Shown here: positions 37,655 to 47,316 of the stretch, piece after piece
How positions within the stretch are numbered: position 1 is the stretch's first letter
Layout of the letters: the number at the start of each line of letters is the position of its first letter
Assembly: GCA_013288385.1 (NCBI GenBank)
Contig: JABDBZ010000003.1
Span: forward strand, 20,477 to 84,476
Reading direction: 5' to 3'
DNA length: 64,000 bases
DNA from: Bacteroidota bacterium
Lineage (GTDB): Bacteria; Bacteroidota; Bacteroidia; B-17B0; Aurantibacillaceae
Translations under genes and position numbers: made by a program
The notes under the pieces: model-generated
The model's database searches: none
What the model was told of the DNA's origin: nothing
Seen by the model: the letters and a program-made list of their open reading frames with translations, nothing else

Positions 37655-38434
37655 TTATTTCCTTTTGAACCAAGGAGCAAAAGAACTTGTTGTCCGCTGA
37701 TATTCCTTATAAGCTTCGCCTTTGCTTCGTACAGCTTGTTCTTCCGTCATAGGGATTCCTGTAACTTTAAAAATTAAATAACCAATTGAAAGTGGACAAA
37801 TAACTGAAATCCATCCGTACGGACTAGGGATAGCAAAAATAAGAACAGAGATCCAAATCATAAATTGGAAAAAATAATTTGGGTGGCGGGAATAATTCCA
37901 CAATCCATATTGACAAACTTTCCCTTTATTCGCAGGATCCTTTTTGAAATGTTTTAATTGCCAATCCGATAAACCTTCTCCAACGATACTAACACACCAC
38001 AAACCTGCACCAATATATTCAATCAAACTTATTTGCGGTTCAGGATTTAATGCGATAAAGAAAAATGGAAGAGACAACATCACATTTGAAAAAGCTTGCA
38101 TTTGAAAAAAGAAAAAGAATTTAGTGTCGTTCCATTCTTCACGTAATTTTTTATATCGACCTTCTTCTTCTTTCAAATGTGAACCAACTCTGATCAATAA
38201 ATAAAGACCTAATCGCAAACTCCACAAGGCAGCAAGTAAACAAACTATATTTTTACGTGGTGGATAACCGTTAGCCAAAAGCCAAATGATAATTGCAATA
38301 ACTAAAAAATTAAATGCCCAAAAAATATCTACAATACCGTTATTTTTGATGGCTTTAGCCCAAATCCATACAAGGATCATGATGATGCTAACTGATGCGA
38401 AAGAGACAAGCGGGATAAACAAATATGGGCTCAT
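37655..38434 (-). CDS. DUF1295 family (steroid 5-alpha-reductase-like) membrane protein
   Basis: Motifs VDIFW, EGRY, DWQL..FK, GLWNYSRHPNYF and YQRTTSSF.PW. Confidence 0.88.
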   Translation of the reverse strand: MSPYLFIPLVSFASVSIIMILVWIWAKAIKNNGIVDIFWAFNFLVIAIIIWLLANGYPPRKNIVCLLAALWSLRLGLYLLIRVGSHLKEEEGRYKKLREEWNDTKFFFFFQMQAFSNVMLSLPFFFIALNPEPQISLIEYIGAGLWCVSIVGEGLSDWQLKHFKKDPANKGKVCQYGLWNYSRHPNYFFQFMIWISVLIFAIPSPYGWISVICPLSIGYLIFKVTGIPMTEEQAVRSKGEAYKEYQRTTSSFAPWFKRK

Positions 38435-38465
38435 TTCCGTATAAATTTAATGGTTATTTTTTATG

Positions 38466-39194
38466 TTACGATTTTTTTAAGTGAATGATGTTTAGTCCGC
38501 TCATTATTTTAATAATAAAATAAGTAGGATCGAGTTCGAATTTCTTTTGTGCAAAATTTACATCATCCGGTTTTTTATGATGATTGTTTTGGAATAATTC
38601 GCCAAGCATTATAAAATCTATTGGCAAAGTATTTTTGCTGTGATCATGATTGTCATAATTAGAGTAACCATATTTATGTCCACACCAATTAACAATAGCG
38701 CCATGTATTGGTCCCATAAAAAAATGAATTGGTAATAATAAAAACATCCACCAAACGGTTGCAAATTTTATATAAAACAAAGTGTACAAAACCGCAAAAC
38801 CAATTCTCACAAACCAACTATCGCTAATTCTATCTAATAATTTCCACTCAGGATAATTGCCTTTGAATTGCTCTTCGGGTTCAACATTGTGCTTAGCATA
38901 ATTCAAATAAATATCTTTTGTATGCATGGTCATGTGCCAAACATCTTTAAAAAATAAAGGCGAATGAGGATCTTTTTCTGTATCACTATAAGAATGATGC
39001 ATGCGGTGTAAAATAGCATATGCTCTGGGATTTAAAAAAGAAGAACCTTGTGTGATAAAGGTTAACATATAAAAAAACTTTTCCCAAAAAGGATTCATCG
39101 TAAACATTTTGTGAGCTCCGTATCGATGCAAATAGAACGTTTGACAGAACAAAGACAAAAACCAGTGTGCAAGAAAAAATATTAAAATATACAT
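38466..39194 (-). CDS. Membrane acyl-lipid/acyl-CoA desaturase (delta-9-like)
   Basis: His boxes HRYGAH, HRMHH and QNNHH. Confidence 0.9.
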   Translation of the reverse strand: MYILIFFLAHWFLSLFCQTFYLHRYGAHKMFTMNPFWEKFFYMLTFITQGSSFLNPRAYAILHRMHHSYSDTEKDPHSPLFFKDVWHMTMHTKDIYLNYAKHNVEPEEQFKGNYPEWKLLDRISDSWFVRIGFAVLYTLFYIKFATVWWMFLLLPIHFFMGPIHGAIVNWCGHKYGYSNYDNHDHSKNTLPIDFIMLGELFQNNHHKKPDDVNFAQKKFELDPTYFIIKIMSGLNIIHLKKS

Positions 39195-39379
39195 TTCTAT
39201 TTGTTTTTTTAGGTATAAAAATGAATATTGTTTTAAGAAAATAAAATACTCAATTTAGTTCTCAAGAGTGCAAAAATACGTGTTTCTTTCCATCAACCCA
39301 AAAGTATTTAATAGGGTCTGAAATATGCGCTGTATAAGGCCAATCCTGAGGTTGTAGGATTATTACCTTCAGTAAAAAC

Positions 39380-39826
39380 TTACTTCTTTAAGTTTCGGAT
39401 CAACTTCTTCTCTTTTAAGATCAGATCGGTTAAACTTGTTTTTGAAAGTATTTTTAAACTTGCTTCTCTTACTTCCAAAACAACATCATGTAAAGAACAA
39501 GTTTCTTCACTCGGACACTCCTCACATTTTTCATAAAAGTTTAAACTCACACAAGGCAACAATGCTATTGGTCCACCGGTTGAACGAATAATGTGACTCA
39601 ACATTATTTCTTCCGGATGCTTGGTTAAATAATAACCACCCGTAACACCCATTTTACTTCCAACATAACCATGATGCCTTAATTCTAAAAGAATAGCTTC
39701 TAAAAATTTTCTTGGGATTTTTTCTGACTCGGAGATTTTTGAAATGCGCAAAGGTTTTTTATCGTAATATACTTTTGCGAGAGCCACTAAGGCTTTTATG
39801 GCATATTTTGTCTTTTTTTGAAGCAT
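39380..39826 (-). CDS. Rrf2 family transcriptional regulator with 4-Cys motif (CymR/IscR-like)
   Basis: KTKYAIKAL, IPRKFLEAIL, GGYYL and CVSLNFYEKCEECPSEETC. Confidence 0.92.
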   Translation of the reverse strand: MLQKKTKYAIKALVALAKVYYDKKPLRISKISESEKIPRKFLEAILLELRHHGYVGSKMGVTGGYYLTKHPEEIMLSHIIRSTGGPIALLPCVSLNFYEKCEECPSEETCSLHDVVLEVREASLKILSKTSLTDLILKEKKLIRNLKK

Positions 39827-39842
39827 TAAAAAATAAGTGAAA

Positions 39843-39868
39843 CAAATATACTACTAATTTAGTAGGAT
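39843..39868. promoter_or_regulatory. Rrf2 promoter -7 element overlapped by a palindromic operator
   Basis: Minus-strand TATATTTG (39843-39850) overlaps ATACTAC-N7-GTAGGAT (39848-39868); inner CTACTAA-T-TTAGTAG is a perfect palindrome. Confidence 0.65.
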
Positions 39869-39874
39869 TTAAAA

Positions 39875-41182
39875 TTAACGAAGTATTAACAGGCGATTTG
39901 CATCCAATTTTATAAAAATAAAAAGGAGTATGGTAAAACTCCATAAGGAAGATCCTCCATAACTGAAGAATGGTAATGGAATACCTATCACCGGCATTAA
40001 GCCAATAGTCATGCCAATATTAACGGCCAAATGAAAAAATAAAACACTTGCAACACCGTAACCATAAATCCGACTGAAAGACGATCGTTGCCTTTCAGCC
40101 AAAAATATGACTCTTAAAATAAGAAAGAGTTCTAAAAATACAACGCCTATACTGCCAACAAAACCCCATTCTTCACCAACCGTACAAAAAATAAAATCTG
40201 TTTCCTGCTCCGGCACAAAATCATATTTGGTTTGAGTTCCTTGTAAATAGCCTTTACCTAAAAAGCCACCGGAACCAATTGCGATTTTCGCTTGATTCAC
40301 ATTGTAACCAACGCCTTTCAAATCCGTTTTTTTATTTAACAACACATCTATTCTATCTTTTTGATGCGGCTCTAATTTTTGATACATAAAATTTGCTCCC
40401 AAAACAACTCCGGCAGCAAGTAAGTATACGAGTGAAACGATCAATAAATTTCTTCGGTTGCGCGGAACAATGATGAATGATGAAAGTGCGAGTATACCTA
40501 ATGAAATTAATACTGCGCTTGTATTTGCAACAACTAAAGCAACCACAAATAAAATAGCAATGAGCATACCAATCATTAAAAAAGAAACAGATAATCCTTC
40601 ACGATAGAGAACAATAATGAAAGCAATAAACACAATGGCTAAGCCGGTTTCGTCTTGCAACTTTTTTACAAGGATAAGTGGAACAATAATAATTGCCAGC
40701 GCTATAAATGTATTCTTGTAATTTTTGATAATATCCTTTATTCGTAAACGGAATATTTGGTTAACCGCAATTTGTTGATTGCTTAAAAATTTTGCCAACG
40801 CCAAGCTCATTGCAAACTTCATAAATTCGGCTGGTTGAATACCAAAACCACCAACGCCAAGCCAGGAGTGAGAACCTTTTATTTCTCTTCCTATAAACCG
40901 AACCAAAATATTTGCAAACAATAAAACACCATAAAATACATAAGAGAATGCCGTGAAAAAATCGGAATCAATTAGTAATATCGAAAAGGCTAAAATGGCT
41001 GCGCCAGAAATCCAGATCAACTGCTTACCATATTTTTGCGTCATGTCTAAAATATTACTGTGTTCGTCATTATAAACTGCGGCATAAATATTTAACCAGC
41101 CCATAATTACCATCACTACATAAAGCATAATAGATACGCGATCTACGCCATAAAATAAACTATTTTGATTTCTACTTTGCAT
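39875..41182 (-). CDS. rodA: Rod shape-determining protein RodA (SEDS)
   Basis: Motifs QPAEFMK, KIAIGSGG..GKGYL.GTQ, VPEQETDFIF and GIPLPFFSYGGSS. Confidence 0.95.
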   Translation of the reverse strand: MQSRNQNSLFYGVDRVSIMLYVVMVIMGWLNIYAAVYNDEHSNILDMTQKYGKQLIWISGAAILAFSILLIDSDFFTAFSYVFYGVLLFANILVRFIGREIKGSHSWLGVGGFGIQPAEFMKFAMSLALAKFLSNQQIAVNQIFRLRIKDIIKNYKNTFIALAIIIVPLILVKKLQDETGLAIVFIAFIIVLYREGLSVSFLMIGMLIAILFVVALVVANTSAVLISLGILALSSFIIVPRNRRNLLIVSLVYLLAAGVVLGANFMYQKLEPHQKDRIDVLLNKKTDLKGVGYNVNQAKIAIGSGGFLGKGYLQGTQTKYDFVPEQETDFIFCTVGEEWGFVGSIGVVFLELFLILRVIFLAERQRSSFSRIYGYGVASVLFFHLAVNIGMTIGLMPVIGIPLPFFSYGGSSLWSFTILLFIFIKLDANRLLILR

Positions 41183-43050
41183 TAATGAAATCCTGTTGAA
41201 AGTAAATTTTGTCCATGAATAAGATCTGCTTCCATCACTCGTTTCTCAACTTCCGGTCTGTCAGTTTTACCTTTTAAATATTTTTCTATCATCAATGTTA
41301 CAATCGGCGCACTCCATACCCCACCGAAACCTGCATTTTCAACAATACACGCAAATGCAATTTTTGGATTATCCATTGGCGCAAATGCTAAAAATACCGC
41401 GTGAGATTTTCCATGTGGATTTTCCGCTGTTCCTGTTTTTCCGCAAACAACAATATCTTTTAATCTGTTTGCAAATGCAGTTCCACCCGGTTCAAGCGCA
41501 TGTTGCATGCCTTCTATCACAATGTTATATGCCTCTTGGTTTTGAACACCAACATAATGTTTTTCCTTAAATCGTTTATCTAAATGTTTTTCTTTGCCAA
41601 CTCCTTTGATGCAATGAGGCGTATAATAAAATCCTTTATTGGCGATAGTTGCAACTACATTCGCCATTTGCAAAGGTACCAACGTTAATTCGGCCTGACC
41701 AATTCCTAAGGAAACAATTGTATTACTTCGCCATCCATTTTTACCAAATACTTTATCATAATATGGTGCGCTCGGAACATTCCCCGGTTTATCATATGGT
41801 AAATCTGTTCCTAATCTTGTACCCGGGCCAAAACTCATAACCATATCACGCCAATGATTATAACCATCTTTAAAATCGGGGTATTTTTTTTGATCAACAA
41901 TATCTCTGAAAACATAACTGTAATAAGAATTACATGAGGCCGCGATAGAACCAACTAAATCTCTTCCTCCACCATGTGCATGACATTTTGGTTTACCTCC
42001 CATGGGCGGATAACCCATAGCGCATGGATAAACCGTGCCACGATTGATCAATCCGTCATTTTGAGCAATCAATGCATCAATCAATTTAAAAATAGATCCC
42101 GGCGGATACATCGCTGTTAATGCACGATTGAATAGGGGAACGTTTTCAGTATCGGCGTACAATTTTGCAAAACTTCGTGAGCGTTCTTTTCCACTCACTA
42201 AAATATTTGGATCATAAGACGGGCTCGATATCAAACATAAAATTTCGCCGGTTGAAGGTTCGATGGCAACGATGGCGCCTTTTTTTCCGCGCATTAATAA
42301 TTCACCATACTCTTGTAAGTCGGCGTCAATTGAAGAATACAGAGGCTTACCCGGAATAGCAAGCGTATCGTATTTGCCATCTTTGTATCTACCAACAACT
42401 TTATTATTTACGTCAGTTATCTGAATTTGAATTCCCTTTTTTCCTCGCAATTCTTCTTCATAACTTTTTTCAATACCACTGATGCCAATATAATCACCTT
42501 CTTTATACGTCGAATCTTTTTTTGCTTTCTCTTTGCTTACCTCACCAACATAACCCATTAAATGCGCAGCAATTGGTCGCGGATATTTTCTTACAGTTCT
42601 CTTCTGTACAAAAAACCCGTTGAAGCGATAGATCTTTTCTTGCAATACAGCGTATGTTTCTTGAGATAATTGCTTTTCAAAAATACTCTCTTTCCGCGGT
42701 GAGTTGGGATGCTGACACGCTTTTTTGACACGCTTTAAATATTCTTCTTTATTAATATCCAATATTTCGCACAAGGCCAGGGTGTCGCAGCCTTTTGTTT
42801 CTCGCGGTATGATCATTAGATCATAAGACGGCTCGTTAAATACTAAAAGTTTTCCTTTACGATCAAAAATATATCCTCTCACCGCGTACTCTGTTTGATA
42901 ACGAAACGCGTTACTATCGGAAGCGATTTGATATTGATCATCTACTACTTGAATATAAAATAAACGAACCGCATAGATCAAAATAATGAGGATAAAAAAT
43001 CCACCTATGAAATATTTCCGATCAGTAAGATGTGAATTATTAATACTCAT
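41182..43050 (-). CDS. mrdA: Penicillin-binding protein 2
   Basis: SxxK (PGSIFK), SCN and KTGT motifs; mre operon context. Confidence 0.95.
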   Translation of the reverse strand: MSINNSHLTDRKYFIGGFFILIILIYAVRLFYIQVVDDQYQIASDSNAFRYQTEYAVRGYIFDRKGKLLVFNEPSYDLMIIPRETKGCDTLALCEILDINKEEYLKRVKKACQHPNSPRKESIFEKQLSQETYAVLQEKIYRFNGFFVQKRTVRKYPRPIAAHLMGYVGEVSKEKAKKDSTYKEGDYIGISGIEKSYEEELRGKKGIQIQITDVNNKVVGRYKDGKYDTLAIPGKPLYSSIDADLQEYGELLMRGKKGAIVAIEPSTGEILCLISSPSYDPNILVSGKERSRSFAKLYADTENVPLFNRALTAMYPPGSIFKLIDALIAQNDGLINRGTVYPCAMGYPPMGGKPKCHAHGGGRDLVGSIAASCNSYYSYVFRDIVDQKKYPDFKDGYNHWRDMVMSFGPGTRLGTDLPYDKPGNVPSAPYYDKVFGKNGWRSNTIVSLGIGQAELTLVPLQMANVVATIANKGFYYTPHCIKGVGKEKHLDKRFKEKHYVGVQNQEAYNIVIEGMQHALEPGGTAFANRLKDIVVCGKTGTAENPHGKSHAVFLAFAPMDNPKIAFACIVENAGFGGVWSAPIVTLMIEKYLKGKTDRPEVEKRVMEADLIHGQNLLSTGFH

Positions 43051-43565
43051 TTTCTAAACCGCTTTGTGTAAAATAAAAACTGGATGAGATATACCATTAA
43101 AAATGTGCCAATGCTACTTAAAATTACTCTTAAAAAAGTCCGGAAGAATTCATCAAAACGAAAAACTTCAAAATAAAAAAATACGAAATGATGAACGAGT
43201 ATTAATACACCTGCATATTTAATGAACCATTCTAAACCCATATCTTCAATAGTTGGCTGTACAACCACATCATAACCTTCGCGAGGTGAAACAAATTTCA
43301 AAACATAATAACGCGCAAAACCCATTGTAGTACAAGCCGACGCGTGAAGTCCGGGAGTACTGTAAAAAATATCTATGCTTATTCCCAATAAAAAGGATAA
43401 ACCTAAAATTAATAAACGAGGCGTTTCAAACGGGAGTGAAATAATAAACAACACATAAGGCAACATAATAAAATAGGTGCCAAAATTTATATTACGCACA
43501 ATTAATACTTGTAGTAAAACAAGAACAATGAACCTAAAAATATTTACAGCTATTTTATTTGTCAC
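43047..43565 (-). CDS. mreD: Rod shape-determining protein MreD
   Basis: Hydrophobic ORF with DIF..TPGLHA between mreC and mrdA. Confidence 0.9.
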   Translation of the reverse strand: MTNKIAVNIFRFIVLVLLQVLIVRNINFGTYFIMLPYVLFIISLPFETPRLLILGLSFLLGISIDIFYSTPGLHASACTTMGFARYYVLKFVSPREGYDVVVQPTIEDMGLEWFIKYAGVLILVHHFVFFYFEVFRFDEFFRTFLRVILSSIGTFLMVYLIQFLFYTKRFRK

Positions 43566-44394
43566 TTTGCGTTTGTGTTTTTTGTTCTAATGAATCTTTT
43601 TCTGCTTTGTATCTATTCTTAATCACGTACACATAATTTAATTTTTTAAGATCGGCACTGAGCTTAACGCGTGCTGTATAAAATGGCTCATTCTGCCGTC
43701 TTTCGTAACTATCAATTGTTCCAACCATAATGCCTTCCGGAAAAATACCGGACAACTCACTGGTGATAACCGTATCATTCCTTCTAATTTTTGCATGTGT
43801 AGGAATATCAGTGAGCAAACAATATTTATAATCTCTTCCATCCCAAATTAACGGACCATAACTTCCATCACGTTTTAACTGACAATTTACTTTAATGTCT
43901 TTATGCAAAATACTCATTACGCTAGCGAAATTGCTTGAGACATCTTTTACAATTCCAATAATTCCTAGACTATTAAAAACGGCCATGTCGCGACCAATAC
44001 CACTTGATGAACCAACATTTAATGTAATATAATTACTTCTGTTATTAATAGAAGCATTTACTACTTTTGCTCCGATGTATTGATATTGCTGTTTGTAAAG
44101 TGTATCGTGAACTTTGAATTCATTTAATGAGATAGCGATATAATTGGTTTTTAATTTATTGATAAGTGCTGCATTTTCTGCTGCTAAAATTGCATTTTCT
44201 CTTTTCAAAGAAAAATATTCTTTGGTATTCGCTTCTGCTTCATAAATGTTCGCCGCAACTCTGTTTGATGAATTAATGAGTCGAGACCCTTGATAATTTT
44301 TACCGCGCATCATTAACCAAAAGCAAACAACTTGCACGAGTAGAAACACGAAAATAAAATGATGCTTATATAAAAAGGCTAATAGATTTCGCAC
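43555..44394 (-). CDS. mreC: Rod shape-determining protein MreC
   Basis: TM segment, coiled coil (LKRENAIL) and TSELSGIFPEGI; GTG start. Confidence 0.92.
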   Translation of the reverse strand: MRNLLAFLYKHHFIFVFLLVQVVCFWLMMRGKNYQGSRLINSSNRVAANIYEAEANTKEYFSLKRENAILAAENAALINKLKTNYIAISLNEFKVHDTLYKQQYQYIGAKVVNASINNRSNYITLNVGSSSGIGRDMAVFNSLGIIGIVKDVSSNFASVMSILHKDIKVNCQLKRDGSYGPLIWDGRDYKYCLLTDIPTHAKIRRNDTVITSELSGIFPEGIMVGTIDSYERRQNEPFYTARVKLSADLKKLNYVYVIKNRYKAEKDSLEQKTQTQSDK

Positions 44395-44487
44395 CGTTCA
44401 GTTTATTAAAATAATGTGTTCAACGAAATAACAAAACCGGAAATTCTTTCCATGTTCCGTTTTAAATCTAATCAGGAATGAACTCTA

Positions 44488-45510
44488 TTACTTGATAAGG
44501 AACGGGAATTTATGAACATTTTTAAGTGCAATTCCGGTACCTCTTGCAACCGCTCTTAATGGATCTTCACATACATGAACGGGTAATTTTGTTTTCATTG
44601 AAATTCGTTTATCCAATCCGCGTAAAAGTGAACCACCACCGGCCATATAAATTCCTTTGCGGTAAATATCTGCTGCTAACTCCGGAGGTGTCATTTCTAG
44701 TGCGTTTAAGATCGCTTCCTCAATTTTTGAAATAGATTTATCTAAACAATGTGCGATCTCAACATAACTTATATAAACTTCTTTCGGAATACCACTCATT
44801 AAATCTCTTCCTTGCACTGCGTAATCTGCAGGTGGATTATCAATTTCTGTCATAGCAGCTCCAACTTCAATTTTTACACGCTCTGCACTTCGTTCACCAA
44901 TTAAAATGTTATGTTGGCGTCGCATGTATTCTTCAATGTTTGCGTTAAAATCATCACCTGCAATACGAGTAGATTTATCACACACAATACCACCCAAAGC
45001 AATAACGGCAATTTCAGAAGTACCACCACCAATGTCAATAATCATATTTCCCATTGGTTCTTCAACATCAATGCCCATCCCAATTGCAGCAGCCATTGGC
45101 TCATGGATCATGTAAACTTCTTTTGCACCGGCATGTTCAGCACTGTCACGTACTGCACGTTTCTCCACCTCTGTAATACCACTCGGTATACAAATAACCA
45201 TGCGTAATGATGGTTTAAAAAACTTATTTCCGGGATTAATCATTTTGATCATTCCTTTGATCATTTCTTCAGCAGCCTGAAAATCGGCGATAACTCCATC
45301 TTTTAATGGACGAATAGTTTTAATGTTCTCGTGCGTTTTACCGTGCATCATTTGTGCAGCGCGACCAACAGCTATAACTTTTTGTGTAGTGCGATCAACT
45401 GCAACTATACTGGGCTCATCAACCACAACCTTGTCATTATGAATGATAATTGTGTTAGCTGTCCCTAAGTCAATTGCAATATCCTGCGTTAAAAAATCGA
45501 GAAGTCCCAT
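44488..45510 (-). CDS. mreB: Actin-like MreB
   Basis: Motifs IDLGTANT, PLKDGVIADF and DIGGGTSE. Confidence 0.97.
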   Translation of the reverse strand: MGLLDFLTQDIAIDLGTANTIIIHNDKVVVDEPSIVAVDRTTQKVIAVGRAAQMMHGKTHENIKTIRPLKDGVIADFQAAEEMIKGMIKMINPGNKFFKPSLRMVICIPSGITEVEKRAVRDSAEHAGAKEVYMIHEPMAAAIGMGIDVEEPMGNMIIDIGGGTSEIAVIALGGIVCDKSTRIAGDDFNANIEEYMRRQHNILIGERSAERVKIEVGAAMTEIDNPPADYAVQGRDLMSGIPKEVYISYVEIAHCLDKSISKIEEAILNALEMTPPELAADIYRKGIYMAGGGSLLRGLDKRISMKTKLPVHVCEDPLRAVARGTGIALKNVHKFPFLIK

Positions 45511-45605
45511 AAGTGTTTATCTAATCAAGGTATACGTAAATATTTTATTAAAGTTATAAATTGTTTTCTGTTTTTTCTTGGGTCAATAATTAATATATCA
45601 AGTGC

Positions 45606-47138
45606 TCAATGTTTAAAATGTCGGTTACCTGTAAACACCATACTTACACCGTTGTTGTCGCAATAGGCTACACTCTCTTTATCTTTTATTGAACCTCCAG
45701 GCTGTATTACTGCAGTAATACCAGCCTTGTGAGCTATCTCAACACAGTCCGGAAATGGGAAAAAAGCATCACTCGCCATGACTGCTCCTTTTAAATCGAA
45801 ATTAAAACTTTGTGCTTTGGCAATTGCCTGGCGAAGCGCATCAACTCTGGAAGTCTGGCCTGTACCACTTGCGAGTAAAGCTCCGTTTTTGGCAAGTACA
45901 ATTGTATTTGATTTAGTATGCTTCACCAATTTATTAGCAAATAGTAAATCTTTAATCTCAGCTGAAGTTGGTGCTTTGGTGGTAACTGTTTGAAGATCCT
46001 TTTCAGTTTCTGTTTTCAGATCTTTATCCTGTTCAATTACTCCGTTCAACAAGGTTCTAAAAGAACGATGGTGGAACTCAACTTCGTTTTGGGTGAGAAT
46101 AATTCGGTTTGGTTTACTTTTCAATGTTTCCAATGCTTGGGCATTATACGAAGGCGCAATAATTACTTCACAGAATAGCTTAGTAACCTCTTTCGCAGTT
46201 TCGGCATCTACTTCTTTATTACAAATCAAAATACCTCCAAACGCCGAAACCGGATCACCTGCCAAAGCATCATTCCATGCTTGCAAAAGGGTTTTACGAG
46301 TAGCGATTCCACAAGCATTGTTGTGTTTGAGAATAGCAAAGGTTGGATCAGCATTTTTAAATTCTGCGATCAAAGCAACGGCAGCATCTACATCTAATAA
46401 ATTATTATAGGATAATTCTTTTCCATTTAATTTCGTGAATAAAGCATTCAAGTCTCCATAAAAAATCCCCTGTTGATGCGGATTTTCACCATAGCGCAAT
46501 ATTTGTCCACTTTGAATACTTTGTTTGAATTGCGTTAATTTCTCTGTTCTATTAAAGTAATTAAAAATGGCTGTGTCGTAGTGAGATGAAGTAGCAAAAG
46601 CCTTGGCAGCAAAAGACTTCCTGTCCGACAAGTCAGTCATGCCTTTCTTAGATTCAAGCAGGGCGAGCAACTCCGCATAATCATTTCTAGAAGAAACTAT
46701 CAACACATCATTAAAGTTTTTTGCAGCAGCTCTAATCAAAGAGATTCCGCCAATATCTATCTTTTCAATAGTATCTTCTTCAGAAGCACCTGCTGCAACA
46801 GTTTCTTCGAATGGATAAAGATCAACAATCACTAAGTCAATATCACCAATATGATGTTGTTCTTTTTCTAAAATGTCTGTAGGATTATCTCTTCTGTTCA
46901 AGATACCACCAAATATTGTAGGGTGAAGCGTTTTAACCCGGCCACCAAAAATCTCCGGATAATTTGTAACCGATTCAACAGCTGTAACTGGTATATTCAA
47001 CTTTTGAATAAATGAAAGAGTGCCACCGGTACTATAAAGTGTTACATTTTGAGCATGTAATTTTTTTATGATAGGTTCTAAATTGTCTTTATAATATACT
47101 GATATTAAGGCGCTTTTTACTTGTTTTGGTTTGCTCAT
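45606..47138 (-). CDS. purH: Bifunctional AICAR transformylase / IMP cyclohydrolase
   Basis: Motifs GGRVKTLHP, IDIGG, LRYGENPHQ, SDAFFPF and RHFKH. Confidence 0.97.
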   Translation of the reverse strand: MSKPKQVKSALISVYYKDNLEPIIKKLHAQNVTLYSTGGTLSFIQKLNIPVTAVESVTNYPEIFGGRVKTLHPTIFGGILNRRDNPTDILEKEQHHIGDIDLVIVDLYPFEETVAAGASEEDTIEKIDIGGISLIRAAAKNFNDVLIVSSRNDYAELLALLESKKGMTDLSDRKSFAAKAFATSSHYDTAIFNYFNRTEKLTQFKQSIQSGQILRYGENPHQQGIFYGDLNALFTKLNGKELSYNNLLDVDAAVALIAEFKNADPTFAILKHNNACGIATRKTLLQAWNDALAGDPVSAFGGILICNKEVDAETAKEVTKLFCEVIIAPSYNAQALETLKSKPNRIILTQNEVEFHHRSFRTLLNGVIEQDKDLKTETEKDLQTVTTKAPTSAEIKDLLFANKLVKHTKSNTIVLAKNGALLASGTGQTSRVDALRQAIAKAQSFNFDLKGAVMASDAFFPFPDCVEIAHKAGITAVIQPGGSIKDKESVAYCDNNGVSMVFTGNRHFKH

Positions 47139-47316
47139 AATTATAAAAAAACAAAGTTAAAAGATTGGCAGAATTAGGCGGGAGATGTTGAAAAGTGCTG
47201 AAAAAAGGGCTCTGTTTGTAATTCATCACAAATAAACATTTAGCTGTTTATTAAAATGCCTTGCTTCAAAAAATAGACTATCTTTTACGTCTAATTTAGC
47301 ACAAATCCTTTTCAAC

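Noticed and set aside
39296-39362. Further Rrf2-like half sites (ATAGGGT; ATCCT-N8-AGGAT) upstream of the desaturase
   Set aside because: Spacing and left half-sites do not match the 7-7-7 palindrome.
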